Assembly: GCF_009914755.1 (NCBI RefSeq)
Contig: NC_060930.1
Length of the DNA: 64,000 nucleotides
From: the human T2T-CHM13v2.0 reference genome, Homo sapiens
Strand: one strand, 5' to 3'
Of this stretch, positions 30,544-47,039 are shown in pieces. Made by a program: the position numbers and the translations under genes. Positions within the stretch are counted from its first letter, which is position 1; every line of letters starts with the position of its first letter. Under the pieces are notes generated by a model, which was given only the letters and a program-made list of their open reading frames with translations, did not search any database and was not told the DNA's origin.

Positions 30544-32962
30544 GGGAGTTCTATTTTAGTTTTTTGAGGAACTTCCATACTGTTTTCCATAAAGACTGTA
30601 CTATTTACATTCCCACCAACACTATATAAGAGTTCCCCTTTCTCCACATCCTCCCAGCATTTGTTAGTTTTTGTCTTTTTGCTCATTCTAACCTAGGTGA
30701 GATTATATCTCATTGTGGTTTTAATTTGCATTTCCCTGATGATTTGTGATGTTGAGCACTTTTTCATTTTCCTATTGGTCATTTGTTTGTTTTCTTCTGA
30801 TAGAGATATATTCTACTAATTTGCCCTTTTTAAAATCAGAATTGTGTGGGTTTTCTTTGTTTCTTTTTTATTGCTGTTGAGTTATTTGAGTTCCTTGTGT
30901 ATTCTGGGTATTAATTCCTTGTCAGATGAATAGTTTGCAAATATTTTCTCCCATTGCTGTGCAGAAGCTTTTTAGTTTGATATAACCCCATTTGTTTATT
31001 TTTGCTTTTGTTGCCTGTACTTTTGAGGGCTTCTTCATAAAATCTTCACCCAGAATGTCCAAAAGTGTTTTCCCTAAGTTTTCTTCTAGTAATTTAATAG
31101 TTCTGGATCTTACATTTAATTCTGTAATAAATTTCAAGTTTATTTTTATATGTAGTGAGAGGTAGGGGTCTAGTTTCATTCTTCTGCATATGAATATTCA
31201 GTTTTCCCAACATTATTTTTTAAAGAGACTGTTTTTTCCCCACTGAATGTTCTTGTGTCTTTGTTGAAAATCAGGTAGCTGTAAATATGTGGATTTCCAG
31301 GTTCTCTATTCTGTCCCATTGGTAAATGTGTCTGCTTTTATGCCAAGACCATGCTGTTTTGGTTTTCATAGCATTGTAGTATATTTTGAAGTCAGGTGGT
31401 AGGTTGCCTCCAACTTCGTTCTTTTTGCTCAGGATTACTTTGGTTATTGAGGGTCTTTTGTGGTTAAATATACATTTTAAGATTTTTTTGTTTATTGCTG
31501 TGAAGAATATAATTGTTGGTTTGATAGTCATTGCATTGAATCTGTAGATTGCTTTCGTTATTATGGTCATTTTCACAATATTAATCTTCCTTTTCATTAA
31601 TATGGGATGTCTTGTTTTGGTGTCCTTTTCTTATTTTTTCATCAGCATTTTATAATTTTCTTTATAGAAATATTTTATCTTTTTTACCTTCTTGGTTATT
31701 TCCTCTATGTATTTTATTTTTGTAGCTATTATAAATGGAATTTCTTTCTTGGATTTATTGGATATCTTTTTCTGCTATTTTGTTGTGGGTGTATAGACAT
31801 GCTACTGACTTTTGTATGTTGATTGTGTATCCTGCAACTTTGCTGAATTTGTTTTTCAGTTGTAAAATTTTTTGGTGGAGTTTTACGTCTATATATGAGA
31901 TTATGTTGTCTGCAACCTGGGACAGTTTGCCTTTCTCCTTTTGTATTTGGATGCACTTTATTTTTTCTGTTGCCTAATTGCTCTGACTAGGACTTCCAGT
32001 ACTATGGTGAGTATGACCCAGCAATCTCACTACTGTGTTTATATCGCCCCCCTCACTGCCAACCTCCAAAATGAAATCAGTATACCAAAGAGATATCTGC
32101 ACTGCTATGTTCATCACAGCACTATTCACAATAAGCAAGATATGAAATAAACCTATGTGTCTATTATCTGATGAGTAAGTTAAAAATTGTGAACCAGCCT
32201 GGCCAACATGGTGAAACCCTATCTCTGTTAAAAATACAAAAAAATCAGCCAGGTGTGGTGCACACCTGTAATCTCAGCTACTCAGGAGGCTGAGGCATGA
32301 AAATCACTTGAACCCAAGGGGTAGAGGTTGCAGTAAGCCAAGATCACACTATTGCACTCCAGCCTGGGCAGCAGAATGAGACTTTGTCTCAAAAAAAACA
32401 ACCAAAAAAAAAAAAAAAGCTGTGGTACATATACACAATGGAATACTAGTTAGACATAAAAAAGAATCAAATTCTGTCATTTGTAACAACATGGATGAGC
32501 TTGGAGACATTATTTTAAGTGAAATAAGCCAGTCACAGAAAGATAAATACTGCATGTTCTCACTCATATGTGGAAGCTAAAAAAGTTGGTTTCATAGAAG
32601 TAGAGAGTATAATACTGGTTACTAGAGGCCAGAAAAAGTAAGGTGAGTGAAGAATAGCCAGAAGGTGATTAATAAATATAAAAGTACAGCTGGAGAGGAG
32701 AGAAAAGTTATAGCGTTCTACAGCACTAGAGGGTAACTATAATTTTAACAACAATGTATTGTATATTTTCTAATAGCTAGAAGCACAGAATCTGAAAGTT
32801 CCCAGCACAAAGAAATGAAAAATATTCAGTTATAGATATGCTAATTATCCTGATTTAATTATTACACATTTTATGCATGTATTGAAATATTACCCTATAC
32901 CCCATAAATATGTACAATTATTATATGTCAATTAAAACTAATAATAAAAGCAAAAAATTAAA
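30544..32962 (+). mobile_element. L1MA4-like element with 5' inversion (30544-32013 minus; 32012-32962 plus)
   Basis: Reverse ORF2 segment abuts the sense 3' segment at contiguous L1 positions; A-tail; probable TSD aacaaataaat / aataaataaat. Confidence 0.88.
32192..32418 (+). mobile_element. 5'-truncated AluS inside the L1MA
   Basis: Begins at 'accagcctggcc'; A-tail; degenerate TSD aaaaattgtg / aaaagctgtg. Confidence 0.9.
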
Positions 32963-33660
32963 AATAAATAAATCTAACTTAACAGAGCCATCAAGGGAAA
33001 TAAAAGTCAAAGAGAAGCTGAATAGCCTTAGTATTGTGTCTAGCAAGTCTTAAGCCTAACTCGATCTTCTGAATCAAACTTTCCTTCAAAGTTAGGTAAT
33101 GGCTAGAAGTTTGGGATTCTTTGTAAGAACTCTGTTCTTATAACCTAGCCATCCGCAAAGAATACAAATCTACCTGGATGTCTCACAATATTTTCTGTAC
33201 ACTATTGCCAAGGTAAACAAGTATTTAACTCTCAAATCTACTTTTTGAATATTTTTTCCAAGTTGATATCTTTAACTGACCAAGACGAAAATCTCTCATA
33301 TCCCAACAATCACCATGGCCTATTACTTCTACCTCTTTAATATCATACAAATGAAATAACTTTTACTCATCATTATTACAGATTTCTAGGCCATTATTAT
33401 TCCTTTCCTATTTTAGGACCCAATTTCTATTTCACTTTCTCCAAGGAACCTTCCCTTACACTCAGATACAGGTTGGAGTGCCTTCAATTATTTCCCTAAA
33501 ACACCTATTTCTCATAACATCAATCACAGAGAGCGAGTCCATCACCTCTACCCTCTTAACTCTTTCTTAGAAATCCTACCTTTCTTAGAAAGCCTACCTG
33601 TCTGCAACTGGGAATGAATGGAATGAAGCTCAAGGATTAAGTAATATTTAAACCTTGACC

Positions 33661-34445
33661 TTCAGTGAGGCTGAATGTTTGTCCCACTAAAATTCGTATG
33701 TTGAAACTCTATCTACCAGTGTAATAGTATTAGGAGGTGGGGCCTGTGGGAGGTAATTAGGATTAGATGAGGTCACGAAGGTAGAAGCCTCTGGAATGAG
33801 ATTAGTACCCTTATAACAGTCCAGGGAGAGCTTGCTTCTCTCTGTTCTTTGCCAAGTCAGGATACAAGGAGAAGTCAGCAGTCTGCAGCCCAGAAGAGGG
33901 CCCTCAGCAGAACCTGACCATACAGGCACCCTTATTTCAAAATTCCATCAGAACCTGACCATACAGGCACCCTTATTTCAAATTACCAGCAGACAGGTAG
34001 GAGTTCTAAGAAAGGCAGGATTTCTAAGTAAGAGTTAAGAAGGTAGAGGTGGTGGACTCACTCTCTATTGTTATGAGAAATGTGTTTTAGGGAAATATTT
34101 GAAGGCATTTTTTTATTTTTTTGAGACAGAGTCTTACTCTGTCACCCAGACTGGAGTGCAGTAGTATGACCCAGGTGTGACCCCGGCTGGAGTGCAACCT
34201 CTGCCCCTTGGGTTCAAGTGATTCTTGTGCTTCAGTCTCCCAAGTAGCTGAGGTTGCAGGCGTGTACCACCACTCCTGGCTAATATATTTACTATGGTCA
34301 GGTTCTGCTAAGGGCCATCTTCCAGGCCGCAGACTGCCGACTTCTCCGTGTATCCTGACATGAATACAAGGAGAAATAATTTTTTGTTTTTTATGAGCCA
34401 CCCAAACTATGGTAATTTTTATAGCAACCTGAACTGCCTAAGACA
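33661..34445 (+). mobile_element. MLT1A-like MaLR LTR disrupted by a complex insertion (33949-34370)
   Basis: 'ctgaatgtttgtccc...aaaattcgtatgttgaaa...ggaggtggggcct' 5' part; 'gagaaataa...gccacccaaactatggt...ctaagaca' 3' part. Confidence 0.88.
34108..34290 (-). mobile_element. Alu right-monomer fragment without TSD
   Basis: T-tail then 'tgagacagagtc...cctggctaat'; internal re-copy of 'tgtcacccagactggagtgca'. Confidence 0.9.
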
Positions 34446-34820
34446 ATAAAGACTCAATTATAATTTTTTGTCAACATGTCTTGTTTCCCCGATTAGATAA
34501 AATATCTTCCAAGACTAGTTAGTACCTTTTTAGTCTTAGTCATTGCTTTATCCCCATCCATGCATATACAATAGATGCTTAATAAACCTTTGTTGCTAAC
34601 TAGATAAAATAAAATAGTCAATGGATTGTTTCAATAGCTTTCTAACTGGTCTTCCTAACTTAATACCCCTTCCATCCACTCTCTGTACTGCAACGAGAGT
34701 GCTTGTTTTAAAACACAATTTAATAACATCATGTTGTTATTTTAAACAATTTTGGTTAAAGGTTACATAAAAGGAACTTCAGCTAAAAATAAATTTAAAA
34801 GGGGACTTTACTTGAAGGAG

Positions 34821-35285
34821 TATTGCTGATATTCTCTGTGCTCTGCCACAACCCCTTGGATCCACACAATATAGTCCAGCACATGGATCCTGGCATGGTC
34901 CGACTCTTAACAGCCAGTACTTAAATCGATGTTCAAGAGCTTCTCTCAGCTATTGGAACAGAGAGGTAGGGTTCCCTTGGAATTTGGGATCTCTGAGGGG
35001 CAGTTCTTAATCAGTGACTGACAGGTGCAGGGGTAGCAATACCCTGGCTCCCTGCATCCCTGATTGTAAAAACTTCAAAGGCGTGACCTACACTGCCTCT
35101 GGAATTCCTCTGAGGTATTGAACCAGAGTTGCCCTTCACTAGGCTTGGCTTGATATTGCACCATTCTTCCCTTCCTGGACCTACTTACTCTACTTCTTTA
35201 TTTTCCTGGGAACATTTCTTAAAAAAATCTTTTACTTATGAATCCATATCTGAAGGTCTACATTTGAGAAAGCCAAACTATGACA
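34821..35285 (+). mobile_element. LTR16-family ERVL LTR
   Basis: 'cagtgactgacaggtgcagg...ggcgtgacctacactg...ttcctgggaacatttctt...ccaaactatgaca'. Confidence 0.7.
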
Positions 35286-35719
35286 AGAATGTTTGTTGTC
35301 TATAGGACCCAAGGCTAAGAAATCGCTTAGGCCTTGATAGGAACTAAGACTACAACTAGTAGATGATAATAATAATTTCAGGGAAATAACCTCACTTTGT
35401 TTTAGGCCTCTGTTTTTCTCTCGATAACTGCTTCCTTTTTCCTTCTCTACTTTCAAACCTATTTGACAGAATATGTAATTCTACAGCTCGCAAGTAAATA
35501 TTTTAATTTCTACATTTGGGTGGTCTTTAGATCAAATTCAAAAGAGAAAGCATATGATTGCCTCAATGTGATAGAACAGCTAATCAGACATGGCCAGAGA
35601 GACAGTGTTCTATAATACCAACAAACCAGCTGGGTTAAGCAGAGAGACTCTAAAGCAAAAGAGAATAATTGGTAGCTGGCCAGGTCACATATAAAAGTGT
35701 TAAATAACACAGAGATTCC

Positions 35720-36195
35720 TTACTTGAAACCCCCAATGGTTTCCAGTAGGTTTTAGAATAAAAGTCTTACCAAGACATACAAGGTCTTTATTATGTAGCC
35801 TCAGTTTTTCCTCTGCCTACCTCAAGACCCATGTGAAATGTCCATAACACATGAGCTCTCTCTTATCTCTAATGCTACAGTAGAATTTGCTGCTCCCTTC
35901 TTCTAAAGCAACTTATGCCTTCCCTATACACATCTTTCATCTAACCAACTCATGTTGGTACTTCTGAATTAACTCTAGCATCACACTCTCTGCAAAACCT
36001 CTGTTAATATCCTAAGTCTGGGTTAGGGACCTCTCCTCTGTAGGCCTCTATATTATACCACACTACATATTTCTGTCTGCTCAGGTGCCTCCTACTTAGA
36101 ATAGAGGTTTCTAAAGGGCAAACAAGCACTACTTTTATTATTTACTTTAGCCTTCATATCCAACAAAGTGGTTGATCTCATAGAGACATTCAGCA
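35720..36195 (+). mobile_element. L2 3' fragment
   Basis: 'caatggtttcc...tagaataaaa...tacaaggtc...ctctgcaaaacctct' resembles L2 3' region. Confidence 0.55.
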
Positions 36196-36689
36196 CATTT
36201 TTTTTTGTTTTTTGTTTTTGTTTGTTTGTTTGTTTTTCAATGAGGGAGTTAAAAAATGAAAATTTGAAGAAAAAAAAAGAAGCTTAAAAGAACCATCAAG
36301 TAGAATTGCTTGAGGACAATCTCTTGGAACATTATCCATCCATAAGGATAAGCAATACACTACCATTACTAGGACTGAAGTTTTTGAAAACATAACAATC
36401 AAAAAATAGCTGTCTAGCTCTCAGACCTTAACTTAGGCTCATCTTAAGAATGTAAACATGGAATTGTACTTAATAAGAGTTGAGAAGAATGTTTACTAAT
36501 TTTGTCTTTCAGTTCACTTCTTACTCATGTTCTCATTCTGTTACGGATTTTTTCCCACACCTATAATTTACTTGGACAAGACTTTTTGACCAACAGCAAG
36601 AAATGTATTTTTTGGTCTCAATGAGTACTGACAGCAGAACCTCGTGGCTTCTGTTTAAAGAATGTCATTAGCATAAATGAGAGGGCACA

Positions 36690-36862
36690 AAGGTAGGGGC
36701 CAGCCAGCCCACAGTGGGCCTTAAGCAATGTTAAAGGTTTGGGTCTTTCTCCTAGAAGAATACAATGGAAGCCAACAAAAATGTAAAGCAGTTGATTGAC
36801 ATGATCAAATTCGCATTTTTAAAAGGTTACTCTGATAGCATGGTGGAGAATGAATTGGAGAA
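36690..36862 (-). mobile_element. L2 fragment
   Basis: 'tgacatgatcaaattcgcatttttaaaagg...ggagaatgaattggag'. Confidence 0.65.
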
Positions 36863-39079
36863 ACCAATGTATTTTGAAAAACTTTGTTTAACGCTGGGGG
36901 TTTTAGCTTCTGAAGTATTATTATTTCCTCTTGGTCTTAATCTAGTTTTCTGCTAAGACCCACCTGGCATGTGTCTGAGGGGTGACATGACAGAAATCCA
37001 CCCCTTCTATATTTTCTATAACCATACTCCAAGTTACCATCTACCAGATAACACAATACCCCTTGTAAAGTATCCATGTAATAAATTTCTCCCAAAATTT
37101 AGGGGAAAGGAAAGCCCTGGCCATATACTATAGATGTTCACCTATCCCCACAATATGATACTGTATAATACATAATCTGGAATTTTCCTAGAGTTGTTAC
37201 TGAAGTATTAACTTTGTCTCAATTAACATATAACCTTCCTACCAGCAGGAACGATGCCTTTTAATTTTCTGGTATCCATAATAATGCTTAACAGAATGTT
37301 AAGACACACATAATGCATGATATATGTTTTTAAACTGAAAAACAAATAATCATAATTCTGATGAAGTAATATGAGATAATATAAAAGCAAAGCTAGAACT
37401 ATGAAATAAATCAACTTAGCTATTTGAACAGAGATGAAAAACAAACAGTCATTCTAGAAGAGAAAGATCACTTCAAATTCTTCATACTGCTAATCCCATT
37501 CTCTGGAGACTGAGAATTCATCTTTTGGCAGCGCAAATAAGCTGAAAAAATTGTAAAGAACAGGCCCACATATCTCATTAATTAATTACAGTTGCATAAG
37601 CTTTTATTGGTCCAACCACCTCCTGTTTAATTTTCCTGCAGGCCCTTGCAGTACAGAAAAGTGATGCTTTACCTAAAAAATACATTTCTTTGAGGTTGTT
37701 CTCATTTTACAAATAAGAGAAATCAAATGTCCTCATCAAAGTCCCCCAGCTAGTAGAATAGTATAACAGGGACTCGGCCCTAGGTTTACCTGGCTTCAAA
37801 ACCTGTCTTTTTCCCACTGTACTTTTCTGTCTTCCTAGAATAAAATTTAAAATAAGTGGTGGGGATTCAGGTAAAACTGACCTGTGCTATTGCTATAATT
37901 TATTGAGCACAAAAACTTCACCAAAGAAATAATGGCTGCATGAAGCTGAAATGAGAAAAAAATAATTCCTCTCTTGCTATATGTTTTTGTAGAATTTGAA
38001 GTACTCACATGAAAGTACCTGTAATATGTTGTAGTTCTCCAATACCCTTGAGATGAACATGTGAGCAGGTTTTTTATCATCCAAGTGTAGCCTCTTCTCT
38101 AGGAGCCAAGCAAGGCAGAGAAGTGCCCAGTGTGAGCTCAAGGCTCTGCAGATGAAGTCCATGAACCAGGTGAAGGGGGTACTTAAAGCAAGGGAAAGTC
38201 CAAAGCATCAAGTCCAAAGGGAAGTAGATGGAAGACAACTATCAGATTAAAGCCAAAGGGACTCTGGACCTCAGTTTCCTTATCTGTGACATGAAGATGA
38301 TAAGAGATTTAGTGATTAAAAGAAAGACTGTATGTAAAACACATAAAATAATGACCTGATCAATAATTCTTAGCTATTACATTGACACAGAACAGGCAAG
38401 GTTTAATAAATGGAATTCAGAAGTCAAGGCTAGAAAATCTCAGAAACAGGATTTGTGTAAAGGCACAAGACTGAAAAGGCAGTTCAAGATGACAGAGAAA
38501 AAGAAAAACAGCATTACTTTGCAATGTCAGTGCAAAAGATGAGAGCAGTCTTTATCCCTGTCATTCTGACTCTCCTCCCCATGCATATCCAAGCAAGCTT
38601 CAGAAGTAGCATCACTCCCTTGATAAGTTGCCTAACCCTAATCAGTGCTATTAACAGAAATTACACTAAAATTTTACCCATAATAGCTAACACTGAGTGA
38701 GTTGTTCCAAACAGAAATTTTAAGAGTCAGCTCATAACTGACCAGGTTCTCTTCCTCTCTCTGATGACCATGGATGCACGTATGGCAGTGGAGCCCCCAT
38801 AAGCCTGGGCCCTTGAGTGGCCATGATGTGCAGAGTCCCCCTGCAGACTGCAACATTCATGCCACATACACTGAGAAATAAGCTTCTGTTGTTATAAACC
38901 ACTTAAATGTGGGATTGCTTATTACTGTAGAATATTCTAGTGGAGGGATTCTCAAAATGTGGTCCTGAACCAGCAGCATCGGCATCACTGGAAAACTTAC
39001 TAGAAAGGCCAGTTCTTGGATTTCACCTTAGAAGTACTGAATCAGAAAGTCTGGGGATGGGGCTCAGACACCTGATTTT

Positions 39080-41372
39080 TCAAAGTTTTACTTAATTTTT
39101 AACTAACAAATAATACTTGTGTATATTTATGAGATACAGTGCAATGTTTGAAACGTATACATTGTAAAATGATCAAATCAGGAATAATTAGCATATTCAT
39201 CATTTCAAATATTTGTCATTTAATTGTGATGAGAACATTTAAAATCCTCTGTTTTAGAAGATTGAAGCTTCTTCTTTATACCATATACAAAAATCAACTC
39301 AAGATGGATTAAAAGACTTAAATGTAAAACTCAAATCTATAAAATCCCGGAAGACAACCTAGGCAATACCATCCTGGACACAGGAATGGGCAAAGATTTC
39401 ATGACAAAGACACCAAAAGCAATCACAACAAAACCAAAAATTGACAAGTAGGATTTAATTGAACTTAAGAGCTTCTAAACAACCCCATAAAAATGTGGAC
39501 AAAGGACATGAACGGACACTTTTTAAAAGACGACATACATGTGGCCAACAAACATATGAAAAAAATCACTGTTCACTTAATATCACTGTTCATTAGAGAA
39601 ATGCAAATCAAAACCACAATGAGATGCCATTTCACATGAATCAGAATGGTTACTATTAAAATGTCAAAAAAATAACAGATGCTGGTGAGGTTGCAGAGAA
39701 AAGGGAACACTTATACACTATTGGTGGGAGTGTAAATTAGTTCAACCCTTGTGGAAAGCAGTATGGCAATTCCCCAAAGAGTCAAAAGCAGAACTATCAT
39801 TTGACCCAGCAATCCCATTACTGGGTATATACCCAGAGGAATGTAAATCACTCTACCGTAAAGACACATGCATGCGAATGTTCGTTACAGCACTATTAAC
39901 AATAGCAAAGACTTGGAATCAACCTAAATGCCCACTGATGAGAGATTGGATAAAGAAAATGTGGTACATGTACATCATGGAATACTATATGCCATAAAAA
40001 AGAACAAGATCATTTCTCATGCAGGAACATAGATGGAGCTGGAGGCTATCATCCTCAGCAAACTAATTCAGGAAGAGAAAACCAAATACCATGTGTTCTT
40101 ACTTATAAGCAGGAGCTAAATGATGACAACTTATGAACACCAAGAAGGGAATGACAAACACTGGGGTATACTTGAGGGTGGAAGGTGAGAGGAGGGAGGG
40201 GAGGAGAAAAGGTAACTATTGGGTATTGGGCTTAATTCCTGGGTGATGAAATAATCTGTACAACAAACACCTGTGACATGAGTTTACCTGTGTAACAAGC
40301 CTTCACATGTACCCCTGAACATAAAATAAAAGTTAAAAAAAATAAATAGTAAAACCTATCTTACATGAGAAAATCATAAAATAAGGTCTTCTATTTTAGC
40401 TATTTTGAAATATACATTAACTATAGTCACCATACTTTGCAATAAATCACCAGAACTTATTCCTTGTATCTAATTGAACCTTTGTATCCTTTGATCAATA
40501 TCTCCTCTTTTCCCCAAGCTCCTGGTAACCACCATTTTACTCTCTACTTCTATGAGTTTGATTTATTAAAATTTCACATATATATATAAAATCATATAGT
40601 ATTTGTCTCTTTGTGCCTGGCTTATTTCACTTAGCATAATATCCTCTAGTTTCACCCCTACCTTCCTGAATGACAGGATTTTCTGCTTTTTAAAGGTTGA
40701 GTAATATTCTATTGTATATGTACACATCACTTTTTTTAATTGATTCATCTGTTAATGGGCACTTTAGTTATCTTCATTTGGCTATTGTGAATAGTGTTAC
40801 AATGAATATACAAATGTAGTCAACTCTTTAACATATTGGCTTTATTTCTTTGGATATATTCTCAAAAGGGAGATTGCCGGATTATATGTTAACTCTATTT
40901 TTAGTTTTTTGAGGAAGCTCCACATCATTTTCCAAAATGGTGATATTAATTCGCAACACTGCCAACGGTGCACAATGGTTCCTATTTCTCCACATTCTCA
41001 CCAGCACTTGCTTTCTTTATTCTTTTTGTTCGTAGCTAATCTAACAGGTATGATGTGTTACCTCATTGTGCTTTTAATTTGCATTTATCTGATGATTAGA
41101 AATGTTGAGCACCTTTTCATACACCTGTTGGCCATTTTTTTTGAAAAATGTCTATTCAGGGTTTTTTTGTCCATTTTTAATTGCATAATTTTTGTTTTGT
41201 TTTGTCTTATTTTGGTTTTTGCTAGAGTTGAATTTCTTGTACATTTTGAATATTAACCACTTTTTCAATGTATGATTTGCAAATATGTTCTCCCAATATG
41301 TGAATCACTTCTTCACTCAGTTGTTTCCCCTGATGTGCAAAAGCTTTTGAGTTTAGTGCAATCCCATCTGTC
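39080..41372 (-). mobile_element. L1MA (L1MA4-6-like) 3' fragment, interrupted at 39258-40386
   Basis: L1MA 3' UTR and ORF2 end in reverse, continuous across the younger L1 insertion. Confidence 0.85.
39258..40386 (+). mobile_element. 5'-truncated L1PA15/16-like element
   Basis: 3' UTR 'aactattgggtattgggcttaattcctgggtgatgaaataatctgtacaacaaac'; TSD tcctctgttttag / tcttctattttag. Confidence 0.88.
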
Positions 41373-41387
41373 AGATACCTGTGTTTT

Positions 41388-44513
<3,126 letters not shown>

Positions 44514-47039
44514 TGTCAAACACCAGTTTTAACACCTCCAGGTGATTCTCACACATGCTATAGTTTTAGAATACTGACCTAGTCTACCTTCACTAATACA
44601 ATGTTCCTAGCAGGAAAGGTCAATTATTATTCACAGTTTTCATGTAAGGACATTGTAACTCAAAGATAACTTGACAAAAATCATACAATGAGTAAAGCAA
44701 CAGAACCAAAATTTGGGTGTTGCAATCTGGATGCATTTTGCTATCACCATTGCTTATGCTGTAGTAAACTGACGTCATTGGAAAATCTAAATTGAAATGA
44801 TTAGATTTCAGTTACAAGAGTTTTATAACTCTGCAATTCATTACTCCCTTCAAATATTTACATTCATTTTATCTAAAAAATAATGAAATCTACATGCTAA
44901 TGGCATCTACAAAATAACAAAGAGAGGCCCTTGAGGCCACTTTAAGAAATAATCATGGTTTGTAGAATCAGTGAGTTGTGGTTTATAGGGAAAAAAAAAT
45001 CCAAAGGGATTACAACTATTTTACTAAGGTTACCTATTGCTCTGGAAGTTTTGCTCACCTCACATTTTTGAAGTAAACATGAAGCTGTCTTCTCTTCAAA
45101 TTATTGTCTCAGGGTCATCTACCAACAGGTTAAACATGCAGTCTTAAAGTAAATTCAAACCAATCCATGGCAAAGAATCCAGTGGGACTGAAGATGTGTG
45201 AGTGAGGACAGAGAGATGTAGGAGATGAATTAGAGATATGACAGAAGTCAGATTGTGTAGGATCTTACAGTTATTTGTAAGAGTTTTAATTTTTACTCTG
45301 GTAAAGTCTTAATAAGTGTTCTATGAAAAAAACTGTGATTGAAAAACAATGGATTAAGTGAAGCTAAATAAGTTTCTTCTCTCTAGAATTTTTCATAGTC
45401 TTTATCTTGTTAATAAGCACTGTGTTTGTACAAAAAGGTGTAAAAGTATAGGGCTCATGCTATTGAGTGGATGGTGACACTGTTGACCATAGTTTCGAAT
45501 ATAGAAGGCAGATTAAGTGTGACCAGACAGGAAATAACGAATTAAATTGACATGTAAACTTTGAAGTGCCTATGGAGAATACTGGGTAGAGCTACCCAAA
45601 AGAGAGTTTAAAAAAACCTTTAAATCTCATACAAGGCAACACAGAAAAAAAACTGAAAATTAATATCAAATAATATTTAATTCAAGAACTAATTATAAGT
45701 AATATATATGAAATTTATGCCTATGCTATTCAAATAAAAGAGAGAAGAATCATTTGCCCATCTCAGAAGGAGGGCTAGGGTCTGAATTTTCTATTTATTC
45801 ACATTCTGTAGATTCTTTGGAAAATTGCTCCATTCTCTAGTTCACTTTGTCCAGTAGATATGAAGCTTGAATCCAAGAGCCATTTCTCAACTTATTTTTT
45901 ATATGTAATATCTTCATATTGGGAGTTATTGAAGTTCACCAATAAATGCAAGAAAGAAAGAAAGAAAATTTAACTTTTTCCTTCGAAGATTACTTTGCTT
46001 CTGTTTTATGTCATCGTTTTTTTCTAAACTAAATGATGGAAGCAAAAACAATATATCCAAGAGATGACTCAGCTTTCCAAAATATTGAGAGATGTTTGAC
46101 TCACATCTGAAGAATCACCTTCCTTTTTCCCTTGCATTTTTTTTCTAGAAACATAAAACTGAATATTTTAGTAATTGAGTAACTGGATCATTGTTTAGTT
46201 TAATGGAAATTTGAGCAAATGTACCAAATTAGCAAAATGAATCACAGTGAACATTCTCTAGCCAGGCTTATTAAATTTTTACTATAGAGTCATCTAAAGT
46301 ATATTTCATGGGAAATGTATCCACCTTCCAAAGGCGATATGCCATACTCAACAGTGCTGCAGTTCTCATGGAAATGGTTTTTCCATTGAACTTGATTGTC
46401 AGATTAACCATATCTAATTCTAGGGCACTGATGGTAAATGTGAATATTTGAACTTGATTCAGAACTATCAAACATGCTTAGAACTTCAGTCAGTTAATCC
46501 TGCTGGAATCTTAGTCTCTAAAGACAAAAGTCACGGAAGTATGTTTTGGCTTTAATATGCAGACATTTTTCCATTGCCATAGTTCTTTGTTTTAAAATCA
46601 TTTCCTTGAGAACTGGTTAAGGACTTCGGGACTTTTTAATCTGTATCTACTTAACTAATGTTTCTATTCAATGACTGATAAAATCATCAGATAGTTACTT
46701 CATGTAAAGGAAAAAGAATACCAGTTTATAGCTTAAGTTATTCAATGCAGTGATATTCTCACATTTGAATTATTTTATCAAACCTATTCTGAATGATGAC
46801 CAATGTTTCTTTAGTGATATCATTATTAATAGCATATTACCACATTCTTCTTTGAGCCAAACAAAGCCTAAAGAGAACCCATTTGTCAGCAGATACCAAG
46901 CAGGTTTCTTTTTAAGCTAGCGAGCTAATTTTTAGAAAGCATTAATTTTATTTTCTTAGTTATAAACAAGTTATGTTACACTACAAAACCTAAGTGAATT
47001 GGCCTGCTTGGAAGCTTTATTAAAAGAGAAATAATAATG

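Noticed and set aside
30922-31956. Minus-strand ORFs resembling ORF2p, also those at 39749 and 42357-44510
   Set aside because: Fragments of truncated, decayed L1 copies.
33908-33989. Direct repeat that could suggest a CRISPR-like array
   Set aside because: Only two adjacent units, no spacers, inside a mammalian LTR; explained as a tandem duplication.
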